Shown one piece after another: positions 1-10,253 of a DNA stretch of 34,079 bases. The position numbers and the translations under genes are program-made. The notes below the pieces were generated by a model. That model had not been told where the DNA came from and did no database searches. It worked only from the letters and a program-made list of their open reading frames with translations. Numbering within the stretch: position 1 is the stretch's first letter; each line of letters opens with the position of its first letter. Source of the stretch: Sanchytrium tribonematis (taxonomy: Eukaryota); NCBI GenBank assembly GCA_018985235.1, contig JADGIG010000041.1, positions 1 through 34,079 on the forward strand, read 5' to 3'.

Positions 1-6
1 CCTAGG

Positions 7-624
7 ATGCGAAATTTTCTGTTGTTTGGTCCAGGTGGCTGTGGGAAAGGAACTATTGCAAGAAAACTAACTGAAACTTATGCTATTACTCATGTGTCTT
101 TAGGCGATATCCTTAGAAAGTCTACTAATCATCATATTCAAAATACAATTAAAAAAGGTCTTCTTGTAAATAACGAGATTGTTTTTGCTGAGTTAAATTT
201 GCACTTGCGTAGATGTAATTTGTTAGATGGATTTCCAAGAACCATTGAACAATTTCAGTCAATGATTTCGAGGAAATGGAAGATTGATTGTGTACTGAAT
301 ATTCAATTAGAAACTGATGTTATTGTGAAGCGCTTGCAATATCGCAGAATCCATCCTTCATCAGGTAGAATTTACCATCTTAAATTCAATCCTCCAAAGA
401 TCTCAGGTAAAGATGATTTTACTGGCGAGCCTTTGGTTCAGCGAGCAGATGACCAACATCATATTATAAAGAAAAGATTGAAAATTTATGATGAAATTAC
501 TTTACCGATTCTTGAAGAATGCGTGTCCTCGAAAATACCAGTTTACAACTTCAATTGTGAAACATCTGATCAAAATTACAATGAAATATGTAAGGTCTTA
601 GAAAATAAACTTAAAAGAATTTAA
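7..624 (+). CDS. ADK: Adenylate kinase (long-LID type, ADK1/ADK2-AK3 family)
   Basis: P-loop GPGGCGKGT, LDGFPRT motif, and LID RRIHPSSGRIYHLKFNPPK..DDFTGEPLVQRADD. An upstream exon outside the window cannot be excluded. Confidence 0.93.
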   Translation: MRNFLLFGPGGCGKGTIARKLTETYAITHVSLGDILRKSTNHHIQNTIKKGLLVNNEIVFAELNLHLRRCNLLDGFPRTIEQFQSMISRKWKIDCVLNIQLETDVIVKRLQYRRIHPSSGRIYHLKFNPPKISGKDDFTGEPLVQRADDQHHIIKKRLKIYDEITLPILEECVSSKIPVYNFNCETSDQNYNEICKVLENKLKRI

Positions 625-1160
625 ATGTTTACTGATCCAATATTCATAGCGCCTCCACTATTACTCGCGTTGTCCTGCCAGTCAATCTGTTTTCTTGTAA
701 CTCTAGGTTTATCACTGTGAATTACTCTCACAAGGTCAGAAACTACAGGATGATTTTGCGGAAAGACGAATGATAATTGGCCGTTCTCGTCTTCCTCAAA
801 TGGTATTTCGTATTTATAAGTCGTATTGACATAATAGCCAATATGGCAAAATTCTTGATCAGAGTAGCTTAACGTTAATGTTAATACTTGAACACCATAC
901 ACTAATTCAGCAGGGATACCTTCAAGTGTTGGTGGATCGCAAATCAAGGCGAATTCGCCAATTCCTTGTGGAATAGGTCCAATACTCAAATCATCTAATT
1001 CTCGGTCAAATTTAGGCTGCTGTGGATCAAAAACATAGGTAACTTTAAAATTTACATCATTTTGTAGACACTCTATAGCATTAAACTTGATTTTCATTTC
1101 AATCGAGTCTGAGAAATTTTTGCGCTCGTGATTGAATGCAATTTCTAAAATGTGAATCAT
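621..1160 (-). CDS. ASF1: Histone H3/H4 chaperone ASF1
   Basis: ASF1 motifs KVTYV, DRELD..SIGPIPQG..EF, GVQVLTLTLSYSDQEFCHIGYYVN and KPRVTR..IDW. Confidence 0.9.
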   Translation of the reverse strand: MIHILEIAFNHERKNFSDSIEMKIKFNAIECLQNDVNFKVTYVFDPQQPKFDRELDDLSIGPIPQGIGEFALICDPPTLEGIPAELVYGVQVLTLTLSYSDQEFCHIGYYVNTTYKYEIPFEEDENGQLSFVFPQNHPVVSDLVRVIHSDKPRVTRKQIDWQDNASNSGGAMNIGSVNI

Positions 1161-1365
1161 AAAAGGGGTAAATTTTTTTTTTCAAATTTAATCATTTATT
1201 TTTTTCAAAAAAATATGGCAAGTAATTTGTGCTGTTAATAACACTTAAAGGAGCGTGTAATTCGAGCACTGCATGAGAATCATAAGGAGCGCCAGCTAAT
1301 TTGCAATGAGATGTAGAAACGTGCATTAAAATAAAATATTTGTTTTAAAAAATTATCTGATTTAT

Positions 1366-2464
1366 TCAAGCAGTTATCTTTCTACCCGTAAAATGGGCTT
1401 CTTCATCCCTTCCTAATCTTGATTGAGGGCCAAGGTCCTTGTGAGTTATAAATTCAATTAAGACGTTAATCCAAGAATTATGGTATTTCAATGGGGCATA
1501 AAATTCGTTCGCAATTTTGTTGACTTTTGGTAAATTTGTCCACGGCACTCTCATAAAGTCGTGATGCTCATTGCTTCGTTAATAGGAATTACTGATAACC
1601 CACGTTAAACCAAAATTGATTCATCCAACCATAATAACTGTAGGTTTCCTGGCCACTATCGAATGTGAAATGCTCTTGAATGAAATGTGCGGCACCCGGA
1701 TGACAGCCAAATCCTAGTAGGAGACTGAGTGTCATATAGATAAATGGCTTATAACCAAACGTATTATACATTATCAAATCGTTCAAGATGCAAAAAATCC
1801 AGTTATATATTTCCCATTTCGTTGGCTGCTTTTGCATTGCAGCGCCTCTCAACACATACCAAAATGAATACAAACACATCCAAATAAATTTTAAAATTGT
1901 GTTGCCTTTTACTAATTTCCATTCGAAATCTAGAGGCAAGTCTGGATCCTTGGAAGTAACGCCTTGAAAAGTATGATGCATCAGGTGATATCTCTTGAAG
2001 GAAGCAGCGATTGGAAAAACAATCACACTATTAGCAAGGAAACTAACAAGGCGGTTACCTAGAGCTGACTCAGCAGCAAGATTATGGGCACATTCATGGA
2101 TAGCTAGCCCGGCTATGCTTGTCACCGTTCCACCAACGACGTATGCTGCAATGACAATTACCACATAGCTTGGCTCATAATAGTTAATGAAAGACATAGC
2201 AAGTAGTTGAATTCCTAATAAAATCATGCAGTAATATTTTGTAAATGGTTCTATTCCATATAGCTTAGTTATTTCTGGATGTTTCTTTAAGATCTCATGT
2301 TTTCTCTTCAAGTGCGGCTCATCCCACTTATCGATAGCAATACCTTTATCTTTATAAGGAATTGAGCGATTCCATTCACCTAAATAAAGAGGATGTCTTG
2401 GATCTTTCTGACTAGTCTTAGGTGTAGTAAATGAATCTACTCTCTGACGAACACCTTGATTCAT
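1366..2464 (-). CDS. DES1: Sphingolipid delta-4 desaturase, two exons (2464-1593, 1573-1366)
   Basis: EPH..R..EILKKHPEI, His boxes HECAHN and HLMHH, and GQETYSYYG. Removing intron 1574-1592 restores the conserved FNVGYHNEHHDF. Confidence 0.93.
1574..1592 (-). other. 19-nt spliceosomal intron in DES1 (GTAATTCCTATTAACGAAG)
   Basis: GT..AG ends. Removal joins CA|C to give the His of GYHNEHH and links the two ORF fragments. Confidence 0.9.
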
Positions 2465-2647
2465 TTGTTACACATTTAATCCCCAATTTGAAGCATCACA
2501 TAAACCGTCAGTTTCGGGGTTTTTAGAGCCAGAACCGCTATAAGTTGTTAGTGTCTTTGAATAGTGTTTAAATACTTTATTAACACTTTCTCCAAATTAA
2601 ATTCAAAGATTTTTAGGTGGCTTCGCTTCTCGAGAAATCTATCTTTT

Positions 2648-3946
2648 ATGACTCCAATTAGAAAAGAATCACTTCCACCTTCAAAATCTTTACCAGTTCT
2701 TAATTTAATGAATGTTCCTAAGCTGCCAAGAAGTTTTTCTAAGCTGTATTTGTGTGATAATGATCCTAAGGCTATCAAATTACAGCTTTCTTCAGTACTT
2801 TCTATACCGAACAAAAGGTGGGAATTTTTGAATCAAAATAAGGACTTCGGACTTATAAATGGAGCAGTGGGAATTACAAACAATGGTAACACCTGCTTTA
2901 TGAACTCTACAATTCAGATGTTATTTCATATAAAAATTTTAAGTCAATACTTTATAAATGAAAGATATATCAGTGATCTTAACATCTATTCAGAAACCAA
3001 AGGAAACGTTGCGAAGTCCTTTGCCTCTTTGTTACGCTCTATGAATTCTTCTAAAGTAGTAAACGGGAAATCATTCAAAGACGAAATCTCGAAACATTTA
3101 GTTTACTTTGAAGGTTATGAAATGCACGATGCTCAGGAGTTCTTAATTAACTTACTTGATGCTTTAAGCGAAGATCTTAATAGGGCTTTTTCTAAAATAC
3201 ATAAAGTGAATTTTGATATTCTTGAAAAGCAAGAAGATTCCCTAACGCCAGAAAACAAAGCAAAGTTGGACTGGAATAAGTATCAATGTGTGCACCGTAG
3301 CTTAATCTTCGATTTATTTGGCGGACAATTTGAAAGCTCTATAATTTGTAAAAAGTGTTATAATAAGACTTATTCATTTGACATGTTTTGGGACATTTCG
3401 CTTCCCATGAAGTCCAGGAAAATCGGAAACTCCGACCTAAATGAATGTCTAGATTCTTTTGTGGAAGTCGAAGAAATGGAGTATCACTGCTCCAAATGCG
3501 GGCATTTGAAAGGCGACAAGCAGCAGTTGATATACAAATGGCCAGCGATTCTGATGTGCCATTTAAAAAGATTCTCTTATATGCTGGGGTGGAACAAAAA
3601 TACTTCCGACATAAAATTACCGATGTATCTCAGTACAATTAATTACTCCTCAAAAATAAAAGGATCAGATTCTGATGTCAACTATATAATTATTTCAATA
3701 ATTTGCCACTATGGGTCTCTGGATTCGGGCCATTATATTGCGTATTGCTACGATAATCAGGATGTTAAGTGGTACTGCTTAAATGACGAAGATGTTTCAG
3801 AATATATCATAAAGTTACACAAAAGAGGCCCATCTTTTGAATTTAGGAAAAAAAAGCGGGACGCAAAAGAAGAGGAATTTATCAAAGATTTGGGGAAACA
3901 TGCCTACATTGTTGTTTATCAAAAATCCGACATTTTAAAAGATTAA
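2648..3946 (+). CDS. Ubiquitin C-terminal hydrolase, USP/peptidase C19 family (USP2/USP8-like)
   Basis: Cys box GITNNGNTCFMNS, HDAQEFL, CxxC pairs, HLKRF, His box HYGSLDSGHYIAY and WYCLNDEDV. First in-frame ATG is at 2648. Confidence 0.9.
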   Translation: MTPIRKESLPPSKSLPVLNLMNVPKLPRSFSKLYLCDNDPKAIKLQLSSVLSIPNKRWEFLNQNKDFGLINGAVGITNNGNTCFMNSTIQMLFHIKILSQYFINERYISDLNIYSETKGNVAKSFASLLRSMNSSKVVNGKSFKDEISKHLVYFEGYEMHDAQEFLINLLDALSEDLNRAFSKIHKVNFDILEKQEDSLTPENKAKLDWNKYQCVHRSLIFDLFGGQFESSIICKKCYNKTYSFDMFWDISLPMKSRKIGNSDLNECLDSFVEVEEMEYHCSKCGHLKGDKQQLIYKWPAILMCHLKRFSYMLGWNKNTSDIKLPMYLSTINYSSKIKGSDSDVNYIIISIICHYGSLDSGHYIAYCYDNQDVKWYCLNDEDVSEYIIKLHKRGPSFEFRKKKRDAKEEEFIKDLGKHAYIVVYQKSDILKD

Positions 3947-3954
3947 TTGGTAAT

Positions 3955-4530
3955 TTACTTTTTCACAACCCCGACTTTAGCAGCGCGTAGGACCCGATCA
4001 TTTAACTGAAAGCCCACGGTCTCTACAACACCAATAGATCCGTCATCATGTTGAGTGTGATTCATTTGATAGACAGCCTCGTGTAAATCGTGATTAAACT
4101 TTTCACCCACTTTCGGATCAATCAAATGTAAATTATGATTCTTGAAAACAGAAATCATCTGCTTCCTAATCATTTCGAATCCTTCTGATTGTCTCTCCGA
4201 TAGCTCGCCTGCATTAGTGTGCTTTATCGCGATAAGTAATGTATCATATACCGTAAATAAATCTTTTGCAAAGGGCTGCGCTGCAAATAGCTTTGCTTTT
4301 TTAATCTCATTTGATTGTCTCTCTTGGGTTAGTCTCAAATCATTCTTTAGTTCTAAGTATTGCTGTCTTAGTGCCGCAAACTTCTCATCAAGTTCCAAGT
4401 ATTTTGCTTTGTATTCATTTTCATTAATGTTTTGATTTGAAGAGGGACGATCAATTATACTTTCATTTAAAATCGCCTTTTTTTGATTTCTGACAATATT
4501 TCGAATAGAATTGCCAAAGCAAAAGATCAT
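3955..4530 (-). CDS. MGE1: GrpE nucleotide exchange factor (mitochondrial Mge1-like)
   Basis: AKLFAAQPFAKDL, GEKFNHDLHEAV and GFQLNDRVLRAAKVGV. First ATG at 4530 gives a basic N-terminus compatible with a presequence. Confidence 0.88.
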   Translation of the reverse strand: MIFCFGNSIRNIVRNQKKAILNESIIDRPSSNQNINENEYKAKYLELDEKFAALRQQYLELKNDLRLTQERQSNEIKKAKLFAAQPFAKDLFTVYDTLLIAIKHTNAGELSERQSEGFEMIRKQMISVFKNHNLHLIDPKVGEKFNHDLHEAVYQMNHTQHDDGSIGVVETVGFQLNDRVLRAAKVGVVKK

Positions 4531-4571
4531 CACTACCCCTTTAAACAAAAATATCAAATCAATATTTATTT

Positions 4572-6536
4572 TTAATCAACTTCCTCAATTGTGGGCCCTT
4601 GTGAAGTAGATCCAGTGTTTGGAGTGGATCCAGCACCTGGAAATCCACCAGGCATGTTGGGCATACCACCAGGCATACCTCCCTGACCTTGACCAGCTTG
4701 TGCGTAAAGTTTCTGCATAATTGGGTTGGCAACACCTTCCAATTCCTTCTTTTTAGCTTCGTACGCGTCTTTTTTCTCAGATGGATGAGCATCTAACCAA
4801 GAAATAGTTTCGTTAATTTTCTGGTCCAATGCGTCCTTGTCTTGAGGCGTGAATTTGTCTTTCAGGTTGTCTTCACCCATTGTATTTCTTAAGGAGTAAG
4901 CGTAACTTTCCAAACCATTCTTTGCTTCGATTCTTTCTTTCGCTTCTTTATCCTCATTTTTGTACTTCTCGGCGTCAGCCACCATTCGCTCGATATCATC
5001 TTTTGATAATCTACCTTTATCGTTGGTGATAGTGATTTTGTTACTTTTGCCAGTTGTCTTGTCTACAGCAGCTACGTTTAAGATACCGTTTGCATCCAAA
5101 TCAAATGTCACTTCAATTTGCGGAACACCGCGTGGTGCTGGAGGGATACCAGTAAGTTCGAACTTTCCAAGATTATGATTGTCGGCTGTTCTTGCCCTTT
5201 CTCCTTCGAATACTTGGATCATAACCCCCGGTTGGTTATCAGCATAGGTAGAGAAGATTTCAGATTTTTTGGTTGGGATAGTAGAATTTCTTTTAATTAA
5301 AACTGTCATTACTCCTCCAGCGGTTTCAATACCCAAAGATAATGGAGTAACATCCAACAATAAAAGGTCTTGAGTCTTCTCTGATTGTACACCGCTCAAG
5401 ATGGCTGCTTGGACAGCAGCTCCATAAGCTACAGCCTCATCTGGGTTGATAGACTTGCAAGGCTCTTTACCATTGAAAAAGTCAGTGACTAATTTCTGAA
5501 CCTTAGGAATACGAGTAGATCCACCAACTAGTACAATCTCATCCACGGCACCTTTATCAATCTTTGAGTCTCTCAACACTTTATCAACTGGATCAATCGT
5601 AGATCTAAATAAGTCAGCGCACATTTCCTCAAATCTGGCTCTTGTGATTGAAGTGTAAAAATCAACACCCTCAAAAAGGGAATCAATCTCAATTGATGCT
5701 TGTGTCGCAGCAGATAAGGTTCTTTTAGCTCTTTCGCAAGCAGTTCTCAATCTTCTTAAAGATCTTGAATTTCCAGATAAATCTTTCTTGTGCTTACGTT
5801 TAAATTCTTCGACGAAATGATTAACAAGTCTATTATCAAAGTCTTCACCACCTAAGTGAGTATCACCTGCAGTAGCTTTTACCTCGAAAATGCCTTCTTC
5901 GATTGTCAACAATGACACGTCAAACGTACCTCCACCCAAGTCGAAAATTAAGACATTTTTCTCTCCAGTGGTTTTTTTGTCTAAACCATACGCAATGGCA
6001 GCAGCAGTGGGTTCGTTAATGATTCTCAAAACATTTAGTCCCGCAATTGCACCAGCATCTTTGGTAGCTTGACGCTGGGAGTCATTAAAGTATGCAGGAA
6101 CAGTAACAACCGCATCCTTAACATCCTTTCCAATGAAAGCTTCGGCGGTTTGTCTCATTTTAGTTAATACCATTGAAGATATTTCTTCAGGGGAGAAGGT
6201 CTTAGCTTCACCTTTATATTGCACTTGAATATAAGGTTTGGTGTCTTTGTTGACAACTTTGAATGGCCAATGTTTCATATCGGATTGTACTTCGCTATCA
6301 GTGAATTTACGTCCAATCAATCGCTTTGCATCAAAAACGGTGTTCTCTGGGTTCATTGCAACTTGGTTTTTTGCGGCGTCTCCAATAAGTCGTTCATTTT
6401 CATTAAATGCAACATAAGAAGGAGTCGTTCTATTACCCTGATCATTAGCGATAATTTCAACACGATCATTTTGCCAGAAGCCAACACAAGAATATGTAGT
6501 TCCTAAATCAATACCAACAGCAGGTCCTTTACTCAT
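4572..6536 (-). CDS. HSP70: Cytosolic Hsp70 (SSA/HSC70 type)
   Basis: [42 protein letters not shown] repeats and C-terminal [11 protein letters not shown] at 6536. Confidence 0.98.
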   Translation of the reverse strand: MSKGPAVGIDLGTTYSCVGFWQNDRVEIIANDQGNRTTPSYVAFNENERLIGDAAKNQVAMNPENTVFDAKRLIGRKFTDSEVQSDMKHWPFKVVNKDTKPYIQVQYKGEAKTFSPEEISSMVLTKMRQTAEAFIGKDVKDAVVTVPAYFNDSQRQATKDAGAIAGLNVLRIINEPTAAAIAYGLDKKTTGEKNVLIFDLGGGTFDVSLLTIEEGIFEVKATAGDTHLGGEDFDNRLVNHFVEEFKRKHKKDLSGNSRSLRRLRTACERAKRTLSAATQASIEIDSLFEGVDFYTSITRARFEEMCADLFRSTIDPVDKVLRDSKIDKGAVDEIVLVGGSTRIPKVQKLVTDFFNGKEPCKSINPDEAVAYGAAVQAAILSGVQSEKTQDLLLLDVTPLSLGIETAGGVMTVLIKRNSTIPTKKSEIFSTYADNQPGVMIQVFEGERARTADNHNLGKFELTGIPPAPRGVPQIEVTFDLDANGILNVAAVDKTTGKSNKITITNDKGRLSKDDIERMVADAEKYKNEDKEAKERIEAKNGLESYAYSLRNTMGEDNLKDKFTPQDKDALDQKINETISWLDAHPSEKKDAYEAKKKELEGVANPIMQKLYAQAGQGQGGMPGGMPNMPGGFPGAGSTPNTGSTSQGPTIEEVD

Positions 6537-6583
6537 ACAATAATTTGGGGACAATCTCCTATTTATTACAAAAAGATCACAAA

Positions 6584-6603
6584 AGACGTTTCTCGAAGAT
6601 TCT
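6584..6603. promoter_or_regulatory. Heat-shock element upstream of HSP70
   Basis: aGACgtTTCtcGAAgaTTCt contains three perfect alternating nGAAn units plus one imperfect unit, about 50-65 nt upstream of the HSP70 ATG. On the minus strand a TATA-like TAATAAATAG lies at about 6559-6568 and CCAAT at about 6607-6611. Confidence 0.8.
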
Positions 6604-6650
6604 TTGATTGGTGCCCTTTTTTGAATGTGTCACTGTATTTAAAAGATTTA

Positions 6651-8076
6651 TTATTTTTTCCAATTGTAGCTTGTTCTATCTCTCTTAACTCCAAAACGGT
6701 CTAAAAACTCATCCAAATTTGGGGGACCTCTACTTCCTGCAGCATATTTGGCGGGTTCAAGTCTCGAATTTTCGATTTGATGTAAGATAGGGCTAAAAAT
6801 TCTCCAAGATTCATCCAACTCATCGGAACGCACAAAGTTGGATTGATTGTGCGCCAAAGCGTCAAGAAAAAGTGACTCATAGGCTTCCGGAATTCTATGT
6901 TCCTTGAATTTTTGAGAATATGACAAATCTAATTCTGAAATTTCGGTTGAAAAATTCATAGTACCTGGTTTTTTGTTCATGATTTTCAAATAAACGCAAG
7001 GATTTGGCTGCAATCTAATAACAAGCTCATTTCTGGATAGTGTAGAGCCCTCGAATATGTTACAAGGAACATCCTTGAACTGGATTCGGATTTCCTGCTT
7101 TGATTCATTCAAGGCTTTTCCGGCTCTAATGATGAAAGGAACACCTAATTTAGCAAAGGATACCATTCCATCTTTCATTATTGACCCACAACGTAGTCGC
7201 TGAATAAGTGGCAGTCAAACTGTCATTTCGCACCGTGTCATCGTCGATATAACCTTTCATTTCACCATTTTCACTTTCGCAATATTGTCCAAGTAACGTG
7301 TCTTTCATTTCAACTTCGGGAATGCGTCTAAGAACTTTAACCTTTGCATCGCGAATATCATCAGACGCGATTGATTCAGGGTTTTCCATGCAAACAACTG
7401 TCAATAATTGAATGAGGTGATTTTGAACAACGTCTCTAATTATGCCATATTCATCAAAATAGCCACCTCGTCCCTCAGTCCCAAAACTCTCCTTTAAAAC
7501 GATTTGAACATTGTCTATATAATTGCATGACCACATAGATTGGAAAAATGAATTTGCAAATCTCAAAATTATTAGATTTTTGACCATTTCTTTACCCAAA
7601 AAATGGTCAATTCTATAAGTTTCTGACTCTTTCCAATTGTTAGATATGTCTTTTAAAAGATCTCTACAAGATTCCAAATCTTTTCCAAATGGTTTTTCAA
7701 TGATAATTATGGAATCTTTCCCACGGCAATATTTATCCAACTTTTCAGAAACAACTCCGAATACGTTTGGTGGTAAAGCTAAATAAAATATACTTTTATC
7801 AAAAGACTTAAGAGCGTCTGCCAACTTTTTGAAATCCTCATCTTTATCGTATTGTCCACATTTATAGCTCGAGGCCTTTTTAAACTCTTCTGAATAGTCT
7901 TTGTCTTTGATATTTTCTAAGATTTTAGAATAAAAATCCGCTTCACTTAATTTTGAACGGGCGTATCCAATAATTTTACCTTTCCAACCATGTTTCACCA
8001 AATTGTATAGCGATGGGAAAGTTTTCTTCTTGGCTAAATCACCACTCGCTCCAAACACAACGACAACCTCGCTCAT
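6651..8076 (-). CDS. ZWF1: Glucose-6-phosphate 1-dehydrogenase, two exons (8076-7164, 7144-6651)
   Basis: GASGDLAKKK, EKPFG, RIDHFLGKE, GRGGYFDEYGIIRDV and EAYE. Intron removal restores ERWNGVPFIIRAGKAL. Confidence 0.96.
7145..7163 (-). other. 19-nt spliceosomal intron in G6PD (GTATCCTTTGCTAAATTAG)
   Basis: GT..AG ends with a CTAA branch-like motif. Removal restores the conserved WNGVPF. Confidence 0.92.
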
Positions 8077-8145
8077 TATTGATGTCTCAAAGTCTCCGTA
8101 TCGACGAAATAGTTTTATGTTCTGTTAAATATTACCCATCAAACA

Positions 8146-8959
8146 ATGTCAATGAATCTACACGTTCCAGGACATCTTTCTAATTCGAATGACACCATAT
8201 TTCAGCTGATTGATAGATTAGTTGATCTACTATTTTCTTTATTGATACTATTTGCGACTCCAACCCAATATGAGCTTGGCTCCCAAAGCTCAATTTACGA
8301 TCTAGAATTCTCAGACCCCTTAGACAAGAACAATAACATATCCAGCGGTGTTAATTTCTCCACTATCCAAGATCTTAGCAAAGAAACACTTTTGAGAAAT
8401 AGCAGAATATCAATTCCGAAATGTTTACCAATAGAAAACATTGGGATGATTTCAAATGATCAACTTAAAACTACATTGTCTGATTTTCGAGATTTATCGA
8501 AACAGCCGAGTACGCCTAATAAAAGTAGACCAAACGGAAATTTCAATCCTGCTAAATCCGAAAAAGGTTTACTTGGGGCAGAAAATTCGATTGCTGCAAT
8601 GGTGGATTTAAGGAAAAGGAGATCTCGTCCTGTAGCATTTCAACCTTTGACAAATAGTAAAGCATCACTAATACCATTATACGATGACCCTGAAATAGAT
8701 AAGGTTATTTCAATTGATACATTTAATCAGACTATCAACAATGAAGACGACATTGAAATTAGCACAATTTGCAAAATTGATAGTGAGTTTCAATCCAATG
8801 ACGAAAAAAATGATTTGAAATCAAAAATTGCTAGTTTAAGGTATTTCTTTATGATATAGGTATCGTACATTGAGCAAAGCCAAAAATTCACTTGCCAGAA
8901 ATAGAGCATTTGACAAGTCAAGAACTAAAACTTATCCTGGAAACAAAGAAACAATTTGA
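8146..8959 (+). CDS. Hypothetical protein, probably two exons (8146-8840, 8860-8959)
   Basis: The 237-codon ORF ends inside a 19-nt GT..AG intron candidate. Splicing extends it through YRTLSKAKNSLARNRAFDKSRTKTYPGNKETI to TGA 8957-8959. CCC motif upstream of the ATG. No recognisable domain. Confidence 0.65.
8841..8859 (+). other. Putative 19-nt intron (GTATTTCTTTATGATATAG)
   Basis: Same length, GTA start and TRA at -8..-6 as the three homology-supported introns. No protein homology confirms it. Confidence 0.7.
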
Positions 8960-8997
8960 AATCAAAAAATGGCATAGAGATTCGAAATATTTAATGT

Positions 8998-10071
8998 TCA
9001 TAGTTCTAAAGATCGCGAGATAATTTTTTCGGTTGTTTCCACACAGTTGAGTTTACCATTGCAATCTGGGGTAATCTCCTTAAGACTGATACATTTTGAC
9101 ACTCCAGCTTCAATTGCTCTAGCAGTATCCATAAATCCAGCAAATCTACACATAAGCGCTGCCGACAACACAGCCGCAATAGGATTAGCAAGTTTAGGGT
9201 CTATATCTGGAGCGGACCCGTGAACAGGTTCACCTAAAATCAAATAATCGGAAAAATTAACGCTCGGAATCAATCCAAGACTACCTACCATTCCTGCGCC
9301 AGCATCACTCAATAAATCTCCATACATATTCGGACAGCAGAGAATATCAAATTGAGAGGGATCGCGAATCAAATGATACAATGCAGCGTCAACCAATACC
9401 TCATTATAAACTAGAGAAGCATTTCTCCAATTTTGGGATCCCACCTTGACAGCTTTGAATTCATCTGCTATTTTGATACATGATTCTCTGAACATACCAT
9501 CAGTAGCAGGCAGTACGTTAGCTTTATGTATTATACTTACTTTTTGTTGTTTCACATGAGCGCGTTGTTTCGCGATTTGAAATGACATTCGAGCTATTCT
9601 TTCGCTGGCCTTTCTACTGATGATCCTTGATGCGACAGCAAAGTCCTTATTTAATTCTTCTTTTTGAACATAAAGACATTCGGTGTTTTCCCGCATTACA
9701 ACGAAATCAAAATTAGAGCCATTAAACGTTCCCTTGACTGGTCTTACATTAGCATAACAATCAAAAAGACGTCTTAGCTGTACAATGGGACTTTTGTAGC
9801 CATCAACTCTATGGGATGGAGAAGAAACTGCGCCAAACAGAGCCAGAACTTTGCCCTTGTCTAGTTTTCTAAGATCCCTCAAGGTGGATATAGTTGTTTG
9901 AGGCAAAGCACTACCAGTTTTTTGGAAATAATCAAAGCCTGCGTCCAACGTTAAAAAGTCAAACTCCTGCTTGTGCTTTCTTCCAACATGTAATAAAACC
10001 TGCCTAGCAGCCTCGATAACAGTTACACCAATTCCATCGCCCGGTATCAACGCAATTGTTTTCTTAAACAT
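8998..10071 (-). CDS. LYS12: Homoisocitrate dehydrogenase (alpha-aminoadipate lysine pathway)
   Basis: IALIPGDGIG, ALFGAVSSPSHRVDGYKSPIVQLRR (Lys12-type substrate loop), RENTECLY, HKANVL, PNMYGDLLSD and EPVHGSAPDI. ATG at 10071. Confidence 0.85.
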   Translation of the reverse strand: MFKKTIALIPGDGIGVTVIEAARQVLLHVGRKHKQEFDFLTLDAGFDYFQKTGSALPQTTISTLRDLRKLDKGKVLALFGAVSSPSHRVDGYKSPIVQLRRLFDCYANVRPVKGTFNGSNFDFVVMRENTECLYVQKEELNKDFAVASRIISRKASERIARMSFQIAKQRAHVKQQKVSIIHKANVLPATDGMFRESCIKIADEFKAVKVGSQNWRNASLVYNEVLVDAALYHLIRDPSQFDILCCPNMYGDLLSDAGAGMVGSLGLIPSVNFSDYLILGEPVHGSAPDIDPKLANPIAAVLSAALMCRFAGFMDTARAIEAGVSKCISLKEITPDCNGKLNCVETTEKIISRSLEL

Positions 10072-10253
10072 GGAGTTCAATATTGAAAGCCGATACTTTT
10101 ACTTTTTTCATTCTTCGATGGCTGGACTGTCTCCTCAACCTAATGTTCAAAATAACAGCTATAATCACTCTTCATAGTCTTAAAGTAGATTTCAACATGT
10201 ATTAGCACATATCAATTCAATTTTAAATTGTGAATTAAACAATTGATGTGTTC

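Noticed and set aside
2455..2475. Extra 17-nt intron at the DES1 start (ATGT|GTAACAAATGAATCAAG) that would keep frame
   Set aside because: It is shorter than the other introns, lacks T at -8, and has no homology support. It remains possible.
4960..6506. Short antisense ORFs opposite HSP70, and similar shadow ORFs over USP, GrpE, LYS12 and VMP1
   Set aside because: They are by-products of codon structure on the coding strand and show no motifs.
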